DNA of 53,722 bases from Trichomonas gallinae (Eukaryota), in NCBI GenBank assembly GCA_008369845.1, contig MRSU01010034.1, forward strand, positions 1-53,722, given 5' to 3'. Positions 1-11,666 of the stretch are shown here, in pieces. Each line of letters starts with the position of its first letter. Position 1 is the stretch's first letter. The notes under the pieces were generated by a model. That model was not told the DNA's origin. It did not search any database and saw only the letters and a list, made by a program, of their open reading frames with translations. Both the position numbers and the translations under genes were made by a program.

Positions 1-219
1 TGGGAGTATCCCTATGGTCTGTGGTCCATATATACGAAGAATGGATCCAAAATTCAGATTTTCAAACCTCCGAGGTACCTCTAAATATTTGATTTTTTGT
101 GATAAAACCTTGATATTTCACCGAAGATGTATTTGGAAAAGCGAAACTATATGGATTTACTACATCCTCAGGTAAAAAAAACACCCTAAAAAGTACAATA
201 ATGATATAGAAAAAGGATT

Positions 220-500
220 GAAACTATTAGGAGTCGAATTAACAACTCGAATTACATCATACATTGTACATATCAATCCTACTTAAACAATACATGCATG
301 CAAATACAGCGCTTCATTTTGATTGATGTGTAAATAGAATATTATTAAGAAAAAAAAAAAAAATGATAACACACATCATTTGGATCATGATATTTTTCAT
401 ATGATGGGAAAATCAAACTTTTCAAGATTAAAAAAAAATTAAGTGTCGCTCCGGCCGAATAGCGGTCATTCGAGTTGATAATTCGACTCCTAATAGTTTC
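220..500. mobile_element. MITE-like non-autonomous element with 33-bp terminal inverted repeats
   Basis: gaaactattaggagtcgaattaacaactcgaat (220-252) is the reverse complement of attcgagttgataattcgactcctaatagtttc (468-500) with 1 mismatch; the ~215-bp interior is non-coding and A-rich; no clear TSD. Confidence 0.7.
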
Positions 501-1741
501 GAGTTGAATGCCCTTACCAAAAGTGAGTATTAGGGCCGATTAATTAAAATAATTAAGCGAGAAAATTATTTTTTAGATGATACTAACACCACTTTCAAAG
601 TGAGGTATATTGTTATAGCATTGGATCGCTTCAAAAAGTGAGTTTATTTTTCTGGGCAAAACGATAGTTTTCAATACCCCATTTAAAAATTGAGACCGCT
701 ACGTAGCGGACCCTTAAATTAATTAGTTTAATTCAATTTTGAGAACTAAAATATGTGAAAACTTTTGAGTATAATACACTACTCAAGAAGTCACACATAT
801 TGTTCTCAAAATTTTGAAATATGATAATGAATGCAAAATTATATCAGACTATTTGAGAGGATAGAGATTCGCTTCGCTGTGTTTCGCTCCCATCATCTCA
901 AACCTCTCAAAAGACTGCATGCGTAACACAGCGGCATTCCTATGTATGAAGGAATCATACTGTAACACCTTCAGCCTTTTTTAAAATTTTTCTAATATTT
1001 TGAAAAATTGCTCATCAAAACGCTGCATGCGTAGTTTGATGACATTAATATGGACAAAGGAAAGATAGTGTAACACTTTCAGCAGAGTTATAGAGATTCT
1101 TCATGAAAAATTGCTCAAATTTGAAAGCTCAGTATGCTAGAAATCGGATTGAGTTCAACCCCCTGTAATTTGCAAAATTAAAAATCATACGATTATTTCC
1201 AATTCAAATTTCAATGCAATTTAAAGTGAAAATAATCATAAGCCTCATAATTATAGTTTTCGCCAAAAAACTTTTTATTGTATAATGTATCCAATATAAA
1301 AAGACAGCTGAGTGAACTGAACCGTTTGATCAAAAAGTTGTATGGTCTTTGAATGTAATACGCCTAATTGTTGTTTTACTCTATCAACATATAATCTATA
1401 AGAAGATCATCTAAATTTTTAAATTTATTCGTTCGTTCAAGTGAAAATTTTCGATTATTTCTATTGTATCGGCTATATAATAGCACAATTTATTCGAACA
1501 AATTCCTAATACCTAAAAATTAAGAGCATTTAAAAACGAATTTTTAATTTCTTTTTAAAATTTTTAAAATTTTGGTTCCTCATTATATATAATACTTTAA
1601 AAAAAAAATATTTGTTTTATCTCTAAAATTTATCGTGCAATCACATTATTAAGTTAATACTTATATAATTATCGAGTTTGTTTGATTGACACGATAATCC
1701 ATAGTGTCAGAAATGAGGTCACTGGTTCAGGCGACCCTTAA
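501..1741. mobile_element. Probable nested DNA-transposon right ends ending GACCC|TTAA (Kolobok-like, tentative)
   Basis: Two GC-richer stretches end in the identical GACCCTTAA (709-717 and 1733-1741); a perfect 14-bp palindrome ccgctacgtagcgg lies at 696-709; internal ~108-bp direct repeats; no ORF >=60 aa. Confidence 0.35.
915..1120. repeat. Two imperfect ~105-108-bp direct repeats
   Basis: ctgcatgcgta at 915 and 1023; tgtaacacYttcagc at 961 and 1069; gaaaaattgctca at 1002 and 1105. Confidence 0.75.
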
Positions 1742-2205
1742 GAAATTAGTCTGTTTATTATTTTTATATTATATGCATTGACAAAATTGCTCTCAAAAGT
1801 TGAACTAGATAATTCAAAAATTAAAAGTTTAATAACTCTCATCAAACAGTCGACTTTTTGATTTCAATTGCATATTTTTCGTCTATATAGTCTCCGATCA
1901 AAATCACACTTGGATAAATTCCAAAAGGTGACATTTCTTTTAATCAAATATCATAAAACTGTATATATATATATCAAAATATAAACAAAATTTGGGTCTT
2001 TTCGATAAAATTTAGGTTGATGAAATTTTCCAATAAATTTAACTACTACAATATATCAACGAATTTATCCCGACTCAAAAAATTTCTATTGAATTCATTG
2101 AAATTTTATTTGATAGTTTAATTATATCAATTAGATATAATAATATAAAATTTTAGTCAAAATTTGAATTGGCGTTTATTTTTTCTGAGGATTTTCAATT
2201 AACAA

Positions 2206-3858
2206 ATGATTGCGTTTTTGATTTTGCATGGTTTTGCTGATGCACCAAATCCCAGGATCGTATACTCGGTACCACAATCGGAAAATGCTTGCTTTGACCT
2301 GAAATACCAAGGAGACGGAGAACCACTTAGTTTAACCCATAATAATGAAGGCTTCTACGTTGGATACAGGCTTTACAATGATGAAGGTGCCCCTCTTCAA
2401 ATTAATCTCCTCAAAAAATCCCAAGAGTTTTCCGAAACTGATAGCATAAAGGTCAAATTTAGTTATGAATACGAAGAAGCATTCCCTTCATACTTAAAGG
2501 TCATTTTTAATGCCTCAAACAGCGATTACTTCCCTAGGACAATCGATCTTGGTGTCTTCGTCGATTCGAATTTCAACGGAGATACTAATTCTGCGCTCAA
2601 GATACGTGGGCAAGGCTTCACGGTTACAGGTAATGATCGCCATTACACGGTTTTCACTAAAGAATTCCTTGATCACATTAGCGTCAATAATACATGGCTC
2701 GGATCAATCACAAGACCTGAGCAAGGAGAGATCCCTGTTGAAAATATGAAATTTTTTAGCAAAGGTGGTGGGTCAGAAGTTTCTGGAAAAGATACCATGT
2801 ATGCATTTTCATGGATAAAACGCACAATTCTCCCCGAAACAACTGTTACATTTATAGCAACGTTCGCTCCAAACGATAATGTCAATACTCCGACTGATAT
2901 CACTGATATTACCCAATATGGAGATTATTGGAATTATTATCCAGGTCAAGAACTTGAATTTAAGTTCAATGTTGCAGATGTAGACTATAATCAGGAAGTA
3001 ATCGTTAAAATTTCTCTCAATGGAACAGAATCCGAAGATAAGATTACTTTTACGGAAAATAAAAAAGTAGCAACAATTACAAAAAGTTTCACACTTCCAG
3101 AAGAAGGATCAACACACATGCATATCATAGCTTATGCTACTGACTCGAAACATATTTGGGCATCTAACAAAATTGATAAAATAGTCCCATTTGTTCCACC
3201 TCCATATGTCGATAAAAACACTCTTACTGGACTTAAACAAAAATACAAACCATCTGATACTATTTCCTTCAAAATTAAAGCATTTTCCTATTTTGTCCCA
3301 GGAAAACTGAAATATCAATTTGATGATGCTAAAGTTGAAACATACGATCATGATCTCAAAATTGAAACCAATGTGGATCCAAACGAATCAGAAGATCAAT
3401 TCGTGTCAGGCACTATTCCAATTCCTTCACCGATTGCTCGTAAAGGTGGGGAACATAATATCAAAATCTGGGCAGAAAATACTATCGGCCAAAGCACATT
3501 AAAAGAAGATCCAAATTTCGGTGTTGCTACAGCATCATTCAGACTTAATATTGATCCACCGCCACAATTAACAGAATCCGGCTTTTCATCTAAAGTAACT
3601 TCTGCAGGAGACACACTCATCGGATATATTGTTGCTAAAGTGAAAACTGGCACCAAGTTCCATATTTTTATCAAACTCGGTATCAACCAAGTCAGAATTG
3701 ATGGATTTGAGTCAAAGAGCGACGATCTTACTCCATATGCATTCTTTTATACAGTTCCTAATCAGAAATATGGAACATACGATGTTCGCATATATGTTGA
3801 AGCTGATGAGAGTGGTGACGACTCTGAATACTCATATAATTCCATTTATTTGCGTTAA
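2206..3858 (+). CDS. Bap-like/Ig-fold secreted or surface protein, family copy 1 (550 aa)
   Basis: Long ORF with Inr-like TCAATT ~10 nt upstream and a short hydrophobic N-terminus (MIAFLIL); N-domain with NACFDLKYQ / DLGVFVDSNFNGD / DTMYAFSW motifs shared with the 4611 and 9141 ORFs, then beta-strand-rich ~100-aa repeats. Confidence 0.85.
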   Translation: MIAFLILHGFADAPNPRIVYSVPQSENACFDLKYQGDGEPLSLTHNNEGFYVGYRLYNDEGAPLQINLLKKSQEFSETDSIKVKFSYEYEEAFPSYLKVIFNASNSDYFPRTIDLGVFVDSNFNGDTNSALKIRGQGFTVTGNDRHYTVFTKEFLDHISVNNTWLGSITRPEQGEIPVENMKFFSKGGGSEVSGKDTMYAFSWIKRTILPETTVTFIATFAPNDNVNTPTDITDITQYGDYWNYYPGQELEFKFNVADVDYNQEVIVKISLNGTESEDKITFTENKKVATITKSFTLPEEGSTHMHIIAYATDSKHIWASNKIDKIVPFVPPPYVDKNTLTGLKQKYKPSDTISFKIKAFSYFVPGKLKYQFDDAKVETYDHDLKIETNVDPNESEDQFVSGTIPIPSPIARKGGEHNIKIWAENTIGQSTLKEDPNFGVATASFRLNIDPPPQLTESGFSSKVTSAGDTLIGYIVAKVKTGTKFHIFIKLGINQVRIDGFESKSDDLTPYAFFYTVPNQKYGTYDVRIYVEADESGDDSEYSYNSIYLR

Positions 3859-4610
3859 TTAAAAATTAATTATATTTGAAATTTTGTAATAAGTAAACTT
3901 TATTACACATAAATAGCAACTCATACAGAACAACACTACTCAATATTAAAAAAAAAAAAAAAACAGGAATTTGTTCTTCGCGAAATAAAATGTGATATTC
4001 AACTGATAGTTTTAGAAAAATAGTGTTTAATTAGTCATAAATAGATAAAATTATTATCTTTCATAAATATTACATTTTCAAAGTGGCGGAATTAAAACGA
4101 AACTAAATTCAACAAATAATAATGGACTCCATTGATGCTTCCTGGATAAAACAATCCAAAAATTTTAATCATTATTCCAACATTCAAATTTCAAATTGCA
4201 AACAATTATTGACTGAAACCGACATTTTCAATTGTTTTATGAAACAAAACCGAACTATGCATTGGAATATTCTAAAACAACACTAATTAATTATTAGAAA
4301 ATCGAACATTTGTCATTTTAATTGTGGATATTTTTTTTTTAATTATAAAAATTCATTCCTTGTGTTTAATTTTAAAGGGTTCATAAAAATTTGCAAATAT
4401 TTTCATTCAATTGTTTTTCAAAAGTTAAGAAATATTTGCAAAATATTATAATCTAAATTTATAGGAAATAAATAAACTGTGAAGCTGTCAAACTGATTAT
4501 TTTTGAGAATTCATTTATTCAATACATTATTTATCATTAATTAATTTTGTTGCAACAAAACAATATTAATTACATATAAAAATGTCAGAAATATTTTATT
4601 CAAACATAAA

Positions 4611-7600
4611 ATGCTTGCATTTCTTGCTTTTCAAGGGCTTGCTGTAACATATATTAAAACAAGGACACCTGGTGTACCCGAGATAGCCGCCTTTTCATTT
4701 GCAATGTCACCAAATAAAAATGCAATTGGATCTAGCTTCCTTAAAGGAAACGAAGGATATTTTGTGGCTGTCCAATTCTATGATAAGGATGGTGCCAAAA
4801 CCAAGTTAGACTACTTAACTAGTAAGCATAACAGTCAAGAAAAAGCATTAATTCATAAAAGAGTTAGAGTTTGGTACTCTGTATTCCAAAATACGACCGA
4901 TCGTACATATTGCTACGTTAATTTCTATATTCAAAATAACAATGTAGATGATTTGAAAGTAGATATAGGTGTATGTGCAGATTTCTCCATTGGCAAAACA
5001 TTATTAGTAACCAATATGCCAGACAATCAAGGATTTAGCGTGCGTGGCAAGCCATCAACCTCATCATATACTTTTTATATATTTACATCTCATGCAGGCT
5101 TCCCAGCTGCCACTGGCAAGTACATAGCAGAAGTATCCTCTTCAAGAACCAGAACTGATCCCACAATACTGCCCTATTGGGACAACGGTTTCGAAGGCAA
5201 AAGTTTTCAGACAGAAAAAGATGTTATGATGTCATTCCATTGGACAGATAAGACAATTAGAAAACGTTCAACTTACCTTCTTGGCTTCGCTATCACAACA
5301 GAACCTGACCGCGATTTCATTCCTTATGTTCAAGATACGACCGCATTCCAAAAGTCTCGTGAACCCAATTCAGAATTTGAAGTGATTATTGAAGCAACTA
5401 GTGTTGAAGCACAGGAATGCACAATCTACTTGGAATATCCAGATCCAGCACATCCTGAAACCACACTAATTCATTCGCAAAAGTTTACAGCGACAAATGA
5501 TAAAATGTCGGGCGAACTAAAACACACTATCAATGTAGGCGATAAGAGCTTCTTCTACAACTATTGGGCAGAAGATGCAAAAGGAAAGAGATCAGAAGTA
5601 CGCAGAACAAAAGTTAAAGTTGCAATCAACCCTAAAATTGAATTAACAAATACCCTAGAGAAATCATACAATCAAGGAGACACTATCCATGTCGAAGCAA
5701 AAATTTATGACGATCAATATGCGGTCAAAATAAAGTATAGCTTTGAAACGGATAGCGAATACCAGTACATAAATGATGTTGATTCAACTGATGAAGGAAC
5801 CGATTTTTCGTACAATTTCATTATACCTAAAAATCTGAAACCCGATGAGAATCATATGCTTTACATATCTGTAGTCGACGATGATGGTAATGAAGGAAAT
5901 ACCATTACAATTGAATTCAAACTTATAAAATCTCGCGCACCTATTATACATCGTGAAAAATTACAAATTAGTCAATCAACAGATCAGCCTGACCGTCAAC
6001 TTATAATCCGCGGTGAAGTCCTTGAAGCGGATAACGATTCAATTGATTTCTTTGTTTCGATTGATAGCAAAGAGAAAATTAAAATTGGTGAAATAACATC
6101 GGGTCACCACCAATTCGAATTCGAATATGATCACAAAGGGTCATTATTTGGTAAACATAAATTCACTTTCATAGCTATAGATGAATATGGTTCTGAATCC
6201 ACGCCAGAATCAATAGAATTCAGAATACTGGATGAAGCTGAGAGGGCAAGAGCTAAACATCGCAATGCTAAGATTATCCAATCTACTCCTAAATCAGCAA
6301 ATGCATGCTTTGACCTCAAGTTCCAAGAAGACGGTAAGAATCCTGTCAGCATGACACACAATGATGAAGGCTTCTATGTTGGATATAGACTCTTCAATAA
6401 AAAAGGAGTCCCAGGCCAAACGAAACTTCTCAAACATAACGAAGAATATTCTCAAACACAAAACATCAGAGTCCAGTTTAGCACAAAATACGAAGAAGTT
6501 TTCCCAACATACTTGAAGTTAATTTTCAATGTGACAAATTTCGACTACTACCCGCAGACTATTGATCTTGGTGTCTTCACAGATTCAGATTTCAATGGTG
6601 ACACAAATACAGGTATTACAAATATTGGTGGAGACCTTGGTTATTCTGTCACAAGCAACGATTTGCATTACTCATTTTTCGTCAAACAATTTCTTGACCA
6701 CATCGATGTAAACTATACATGGTTTGGCACAGTTCAGAGACCTCCAAGTGGTGAAATTCCAATCGATAACATGGAACTCTTCCTTAATAAAACATCAAAT
6801 GTTGCAACAACAAGCCAAGACACCATGTATGCGTTCACATGGAGAAAGCACACAATCCCACCAGAGACTTCAGTTTTGTATGAAGTTACATTTGCACCGC
6901 ATGATTATGTCAACACTCCATCACGTGTTTCAGATCTAACTGATTATCCACAAGATATAACAGAATATTTTGCAGACCAAGAAATTGATATTACAATTAG
7001 AGTAATTGATACCGATTTAAATCAGGATGTAGATCTTTTCGTTGATATTAATGGAACTTATTATACTGAAAAATATACAATTAATCGTGCAAATAGATTT
7101 GGCGTATTCCACCATAATTTTGTTGTTCCTGAAGATACATACTTCATGCGCATATCTGCATATGCAACCGACTCGAATCGTGCTTGGGCATCAAATAAAG
7201 TCGAAACAATCAAAGTTTGGACATTGCCACCGGAGTTTGAATATGTTAACGGCATTGAACCTATATTAACGCATAAAGATATTATTCGTGTTGTTTCAAA
7301 ATCAGCATCGCATGTTATTCCTGGCCATCTCCGATATCAGTTTGATAATGCAAAGATCGAAACATGTGAAGAACTTCCTGTGATAGGAGCGTGGGATGTA
7401 GCTGAAAAAAGTGTCGTGTGCAACATCAAAATCCCTCCAGCAGTTGCTGCTACTAATGGAGAGCATACATTCAAGATCTGGGCTGAAAATATTTATGGTG
7501 TGAAGAGTAATGATATCAGAGAAGATTTCATCCAAATCGTTGAACCTAATCCAGAATTGGGTGAAACAGGCTTTGGTTTCAAGACTGCTTCTGTTGGTGA

Positions 7601-7850
7601 TTCTATTGTTGCATATGCTGTAGTTAAATGCGACCTAGGCAAAAGATTTTCGATTTTTGCCAAGATTGGTAATGATGATGAAAGATTGGTTAAAACATTC
7701 ACATCAATAGATGATAATTTCACTCCTTATGGCTTCTTTTACAGAGTTCCGAATGTTCCATCTGCAGTCTATGACATTCGTTTCATTGTCAAAGTCTCAG
7801 ATACAGCGATATCGAATTATTCATATTCAACCCTTTACGTGCGTAAGTAA
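4611..7850 (+). CDS. Bap-like/Ig-fold protein, double-length family member (1079 aa)
   Basis: Diverged N-domain plus Ig-like repeats (A-x-D-x-x-G motifs), then from ~6264 a full second unit aligning to the 550-aa paralogs (NAKIIQSTPKSANACFDLKFQ...). Confidence 0.85.
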   Translation: MLAFLAFQGLAVTYIKTRTPGVPEIAAFSFAMSPNKNAIGSSFLKGNEGYFVAVQFYDKDGAKTKLDYLTSKHNSQEKALIHKRVRVWYSVFQNTTDRTYCYVNFYIQNNNVDDLKVDIGVCADFSIGKTLLVTNMPDNQGFSVRGKPSTSSYTFYIFTSHAGFPAATGKYIAEVSSSRTRTDPTILPYWDNGFEGKSFQTEKDVMMSFHWTDKTIRKRSTYLLGFAITTEPDRDFIPYVQDTTAFQKSREPNSEFEVIIEATSVEAQECTIYLEYPDPAHPETTLIHSQKFTATNDKMSGELKHTINVGDKSFFYNYWAEDAKGKRSEVRRTKVKVAINPKIELTNTLEKSYNQGDTIHVEAKIYDDQYAVKIKYSFETDSEYQYINDVDSTDEGTDFSYNFIIPKNLKPDENHMLYISVVDDDGNEGNTITIEFKLIKSRAPIIHREKLQISQSTDQPDRQLIIRGEVLEADNDSIDFFVSIDSKEKIKIGEITSGHHQFEFEYDHKGSLFGKHKFTFIAIDEYGSESTPESIEFRILDEAERARAKHRNAKIIQSTPKSANACFDLKFQEDGKNPVSMTHNDEGFYVGYRLFNKKGVPGQTKLLKHNEEYSQTQNIRVQFSTKYEEVFPTYLKLIFNVTNFDYYPQTIDLGVFTDSDFNGDTNTGITNIGGDLGYSVTSNDLHYSFFVKQFLDHIDVNYTWFGTVQRPPSGEIPIDNMELFLNKTSNVATTSQDTMYAFTWRKHTIPPETSVLYEVTFAPHDYVNTPSRVSDLTDYPQDITEYFADQEIDITIRVIDTDLNQDVDLFVDINGTYYTEKYTINRANRFGVFHHNFVVPEDTYFMRISAYATDSNRAWASNKVETIKVWTLPPEFEYVNGIEPILTHKDIIRVVSKSASHVIPGHLRYQFDNAKIETCEELPVIGAWDVAEKSVVCNIKIPPAVAATNGEHTFKIWAENIYGVKSNDIREDFIQIVEPNPELGETGFGFKTASVGDSIVAYAVVKCDLGKRFSIFAKIGNDDERLVKTFTSIDDNFTPYGFFYRVPNVPSAVYDIRFIVKVSDTAISNYSYSTLYVRK

Positions 7851-9140
7851 AATATTGCATTTTACAATTTATATAGAAATAAAATCACATTTCAAAACCA
7901 AAAAAAATGCCTTTCAAAAAGACATCTTTTATATAGCATAATAGAATGTGAGTTATTTGAGTTGAAAATTGCAAATAATAAAAAATTAAAGAAAAATCTT
8001 TTAAATAAAGGATAATTAGATTTGGATTTGTATCATTTAGATAAAATAATTACATATTGATTTATAAACTGTCTTAAATCAACTAATTTAAAAAAAAAAA
8101 TTGAGAATTAAACTAAATCGGTTGATTTTGATCTCCAAAATAATGGCTGTATTGTACATATATATTGGCTTAAACTCAATCTAGAAAATCAATTATTTAC
8201 ATCAATTTTCTAGAAAAAAGACCATAAAAATGAATTTGATCGGCTTTCATTATAAAGCAGAGTATATCAGTTCAATAGCTCAGTATGGTATCATAAGTAA
8301 ATACCTGTAAAATACAAAAAAAAAAAAAAAAAAAAATTGCTCATTGATCAAACAAAATCTATTTTTATAGTGTTTAAAGTTTAAGAATTCAAAATATTAA
8401 AAATTTATAATCTTAATTCGCTATAAGCATTTATTAAAAATTCTCAGTCGATTTTGAAAAAACATTTTGAATTTGTTTACAATCACAAACCTTAGCTAGT
8501 TATAAATATACAACTAAAAATGTTATATTGATTTTGTTAAAAAAAAATTGTAATCAGCAAAGAACAAAATCAATAAATTGTAGGCTTACATGTTAAACAA
8601 TTAATGTACTGTGTGCGGAAAGCGATTTAGTTGATCGTATCATAATCGGAAACGTGACCAAATTATTATCAAAAGTAAAAAGTGGTTTAAATATATTTTA
8701 TTATAAAAACAATATACTATGTCTATATTATCTATTACTACAAAAAAAATTTATTCTTTCAATTTTTTTCAATTTTATTCAAAAAGTTTTGGAATAAGTT
8801 CTATTATCATTAATAAACTCATATTTTTGATTAATCAAAAATAATTATTTTTTATTCCACGCCCCGTAAAAACATTAATGGATTCATAAATGCTTTATTT
8901 TTATTATTATTTGTATATTAAAATCAACCAAATCATTCAATATATAAGAACTTTTTTATTCACCGTTAATAATGATCTATATATGATTACCATTAATTTC
9001 TATGATTTTTGCATAAAATCGTTTTTCTTAAAATTTTTGGCAATATTGATAATACAAAATATATTATGACTATGTATAAAAATTTTCTTAACTGCTTCAC
9101 AATTTTTGAATACTGACAAAAATAAATTCAATACATAAAA

Positions 9141-10796
9141 ATGATTGCGTTTTTGATAGTACAGAACTCCGCCGTTCAGGCCAGGCTCAAGGAAGTGGCA
9201 CCCAATGCCAAAATAATTTACTCTAAGCCGACATCCGCGAACGCCTGCTTCGATCTCAAATACCAAGCAGAAGGAAAAGACCCTATCGGCACAACTCACA
9301 ACAATGAGGGCTTCTTCGTAGGTTATAGGCTATATGATAATGATGATAACAAACTCAAAACTCATCTTGTTAAGCATACTGAAGAATATTCCCAAACTGA
9401 TACCATCAGAATCAAGGTTTCCACGGAATACGAAGAACTATTCCCATCATATTTGAAGGTTGTGTTCAATGTCACGAACACTGACTACTTCTCCAAGAAA
9501 ATGGATCTTGGCGTTTTCGCAGACTCTGATTTCAACGGAGATACTAAAACCAAGATATCTGAGACAGGTGGTGAGCTTGGATATGCTGTTACTGGTGACA
9601 ACCTTCATTATTCATATTTCGTCAAAAATTTCCTCGATCATATCAGCGTCAACAAGACATATTTTGGAACCATCTCGAGGCAAGAAAATGGAGAATTCCT
9701 AATCGACGACATTCCATTCTTTAAAAGTAAAAGTTTATCAAAACTCGGCGATGTAGACACAATGTTCGCCTTTTCGTGGATAGGATTCACAATTCCACCT
9801 GAAACATCTGTTCTTTTTGAGGTTACTTTCGCTCCAAACGATAATGTTGATACTCCATCTGTTGTTAAAGATTTAACTGACTATCCATTCTATGATTACA
9901 ATGTTCAGTTCAATTTCAAAGCTGTTGATGCAAACTATGGTCAAGAAGTCGAGCTTATTGTTACTATTAACGACCAAAAATTTACAAAATCTCATACATT
10001 TACTGAAGACGAACCAGAACTTGACTTCTCAATAGATTATGAGATCCAATATGATACACCTTATATTAATCTCACAGCTTATGCAACAGATAAGGGCCGT
10101 ACATGGGCATCCAACAAAATTAATAAAAAGATATCAATGGCTCTCGCCCCTTATATAGATAATAGTGCTGGTAGTGAAATTAAAGGTTCATACCGTGCAA
10201 ATGATGTCATTTCATTCAAAGTTAGGGCATATACATTTTTAATCCCTGGAAAAATTAAATATCGCTTCGATAACGGCAGAGTTGAAACCTTTGATAAGAT
10301 TCTCAAAATTGAAAACGTTCCAGAACCATCAGAAACAGATGACCAATTAGTGCAATGTGAATTTCCTATTCCTCCAAGAATTGCTGCAATCCAAGGCTGG
10401 CATACATTAAACATTTGGGTTGAAAACGATATTGGCCAGAGTTCTAAGGAAAACCCCTACGAAATCACGAAATCTATCAAAATTCTTATTGATCCTGCAC
10501 CAGAGATCAATGAGACAGGTTTCTCCGTTGAAGCAGCATCTGTAGGTGAGAATATAATCGGATACGCTGTAATCAAGGCCAAAGCAGGCTCTGAGCTGAA
10601 ATTATACATTAGATTCAATGAAGGAGTAGAAAAGTTGCTTGGAAGATACACAGCAAAAAGCGATGATCATACACCTTATGGCTTCTTCTATCAAATCCCT
10701 GATAACGCGAAGCCAGGTAGAACAAAAGTTATTTTTGTCGTAGAAGACCAAAATAGACAAAAGGGCGAGTTCCAATCTGACATCAAGATAAAATAA
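9141..10796 (+). CDS. Bap-like/Ig-fold protein, family copy 3 (551 aa)
   Basis: Colinear with the 2206 ORF over its full length (SANACFDLKYQ, WASNKI, IWVEN, TPYGFFY). Confidence 0.85.
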   Translation: MIAFLIVQNSAVQARLKEVAPNAKIIYSKPTSANACFDLKYQAEGKDPIGTTHNNEGFFVGYRLYDNDDNKLKTHLVKHTEEYSQTDTIRIKVSTEYEELFPSYLKVVFNVTNTDYFSKKMDLGVFADSDFNGDTKTKISETGGELGYAVTGDNLHYSYFVKNFLDHISVNKTYFGTISRQENGEFLIDDIPFFKSKSLSKLGDVDTMFAFSWIGFTIPPETSVLFEVTFAPNDNVDTPSVVKDLTDYPFYDYNVQFNFKAVDANYGQEVELIVTINDQKFTKSHTFTEDEPELDFSIDYEIQYDTPYINLTAYATDKGRTWASNKINKKISMALAPYIDNSAGSEIKGSYRANDVISFKVRAYTFLIPGKIKYRFDNGRVETFDKILKIENVPEPSETDDQLVQCEFPIPPRIAAIQGWHTLNIWVENDIGQSSKENPYEITKSIKILIDPAPEINETGFSVEAASVGENIIGYAVIKAKAGSELKLYIRFNEGVEKLLGRYTAKSDDHTPYGFFYQIPDNAKPGRTKVIFVVEDQNRQKGEFQSDIKIK

Positions 10797-11070
10797 ATCA
10801 TAACTTTTCTTTATTTGTATAATTTCACAAGCGGAATATGTGATGGATAAATAGGCTCTATTATACCGGAATATGTGACGGTGCAGTTCTAGTCTCAAAC
10901 ATTTGCAATTAATGGAGTATTATAATTGCATGAAGTTAGGGTTGTGCGAATTCTCACTTTTTATCAGCGAACGAAATTAGCAATTTTATTCAACGCGCTA
11001 AAAGCGATGGGGAATCACCTTAAAATAGCTTTAATACCCTGCAGATAGATTGCACCTCCTTTTTATTATT

Positions 11071-11236
11071 AGTAGCCTCTGGACTAAAAAGTGAGCTCGG
11101 TTACCAAAAGTATTTTTTTAAGCCCATTTTTTACCCTTCGTTTTACCCTCTTTAACCCTTTATTGCAGGATTATTGTAAGACCCCCTAAATAAGTTCTCA
11201 CCTTTCTGACAAAGACCGAGCTCACTTTTGGAGGCC
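11071..11236. mobile_element. Small transposon-derived fragment with an inverted repeat
   Basis: aaaagtgagctcggt (11087-11101) is the perfect reverse complement of accgagctcactttt (11215-11229), with partial extension (gcctc/gaggc); internal TTTWACCC subrepeats; GC-richer than the flanks. Confidence 0.45.
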
Positions 11237-11666
11237 AAAAAACCTATAATATTTATTTTCTAATATCAAATATTTGAGTCTGGGAATTGGCCAAACAGAA
11301 CTGGAGTAAAATTGAATGAGCTGGAGTATTTCCTTAAAAGTCCAAAATTGAAAAATGAATTTGATAATTTTATCGATAACATAACTATATTTAATAACCA
11401 ATTAGATGCATATAAGTTTATAAGAAATATATGACTGTTTTCTTGAGAAATACCCATTTTTATTTTAGAAATCAAATTATTTTGATTTATAACCAAAATT
11501 AATAACAAAACTAATTATTTTGGGAACAAATAAAAATGAATTTAAACTTGGTTTCGTTTAACTCAAAATATAAATTTTGAGATCAATAAATATCTTAATT
11601 GAGTGAAAATAATTGTTATAATCAATATTTATACTATAGATATGCCTATAAATATGTCATAAACAG

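Noticed and set aside
11126..11163. Telomere-like TTACCC/TAACCC repeats
   Set aside because: Only three non-contiguous copies inside an inverted-repeat element; not a telomeric tract
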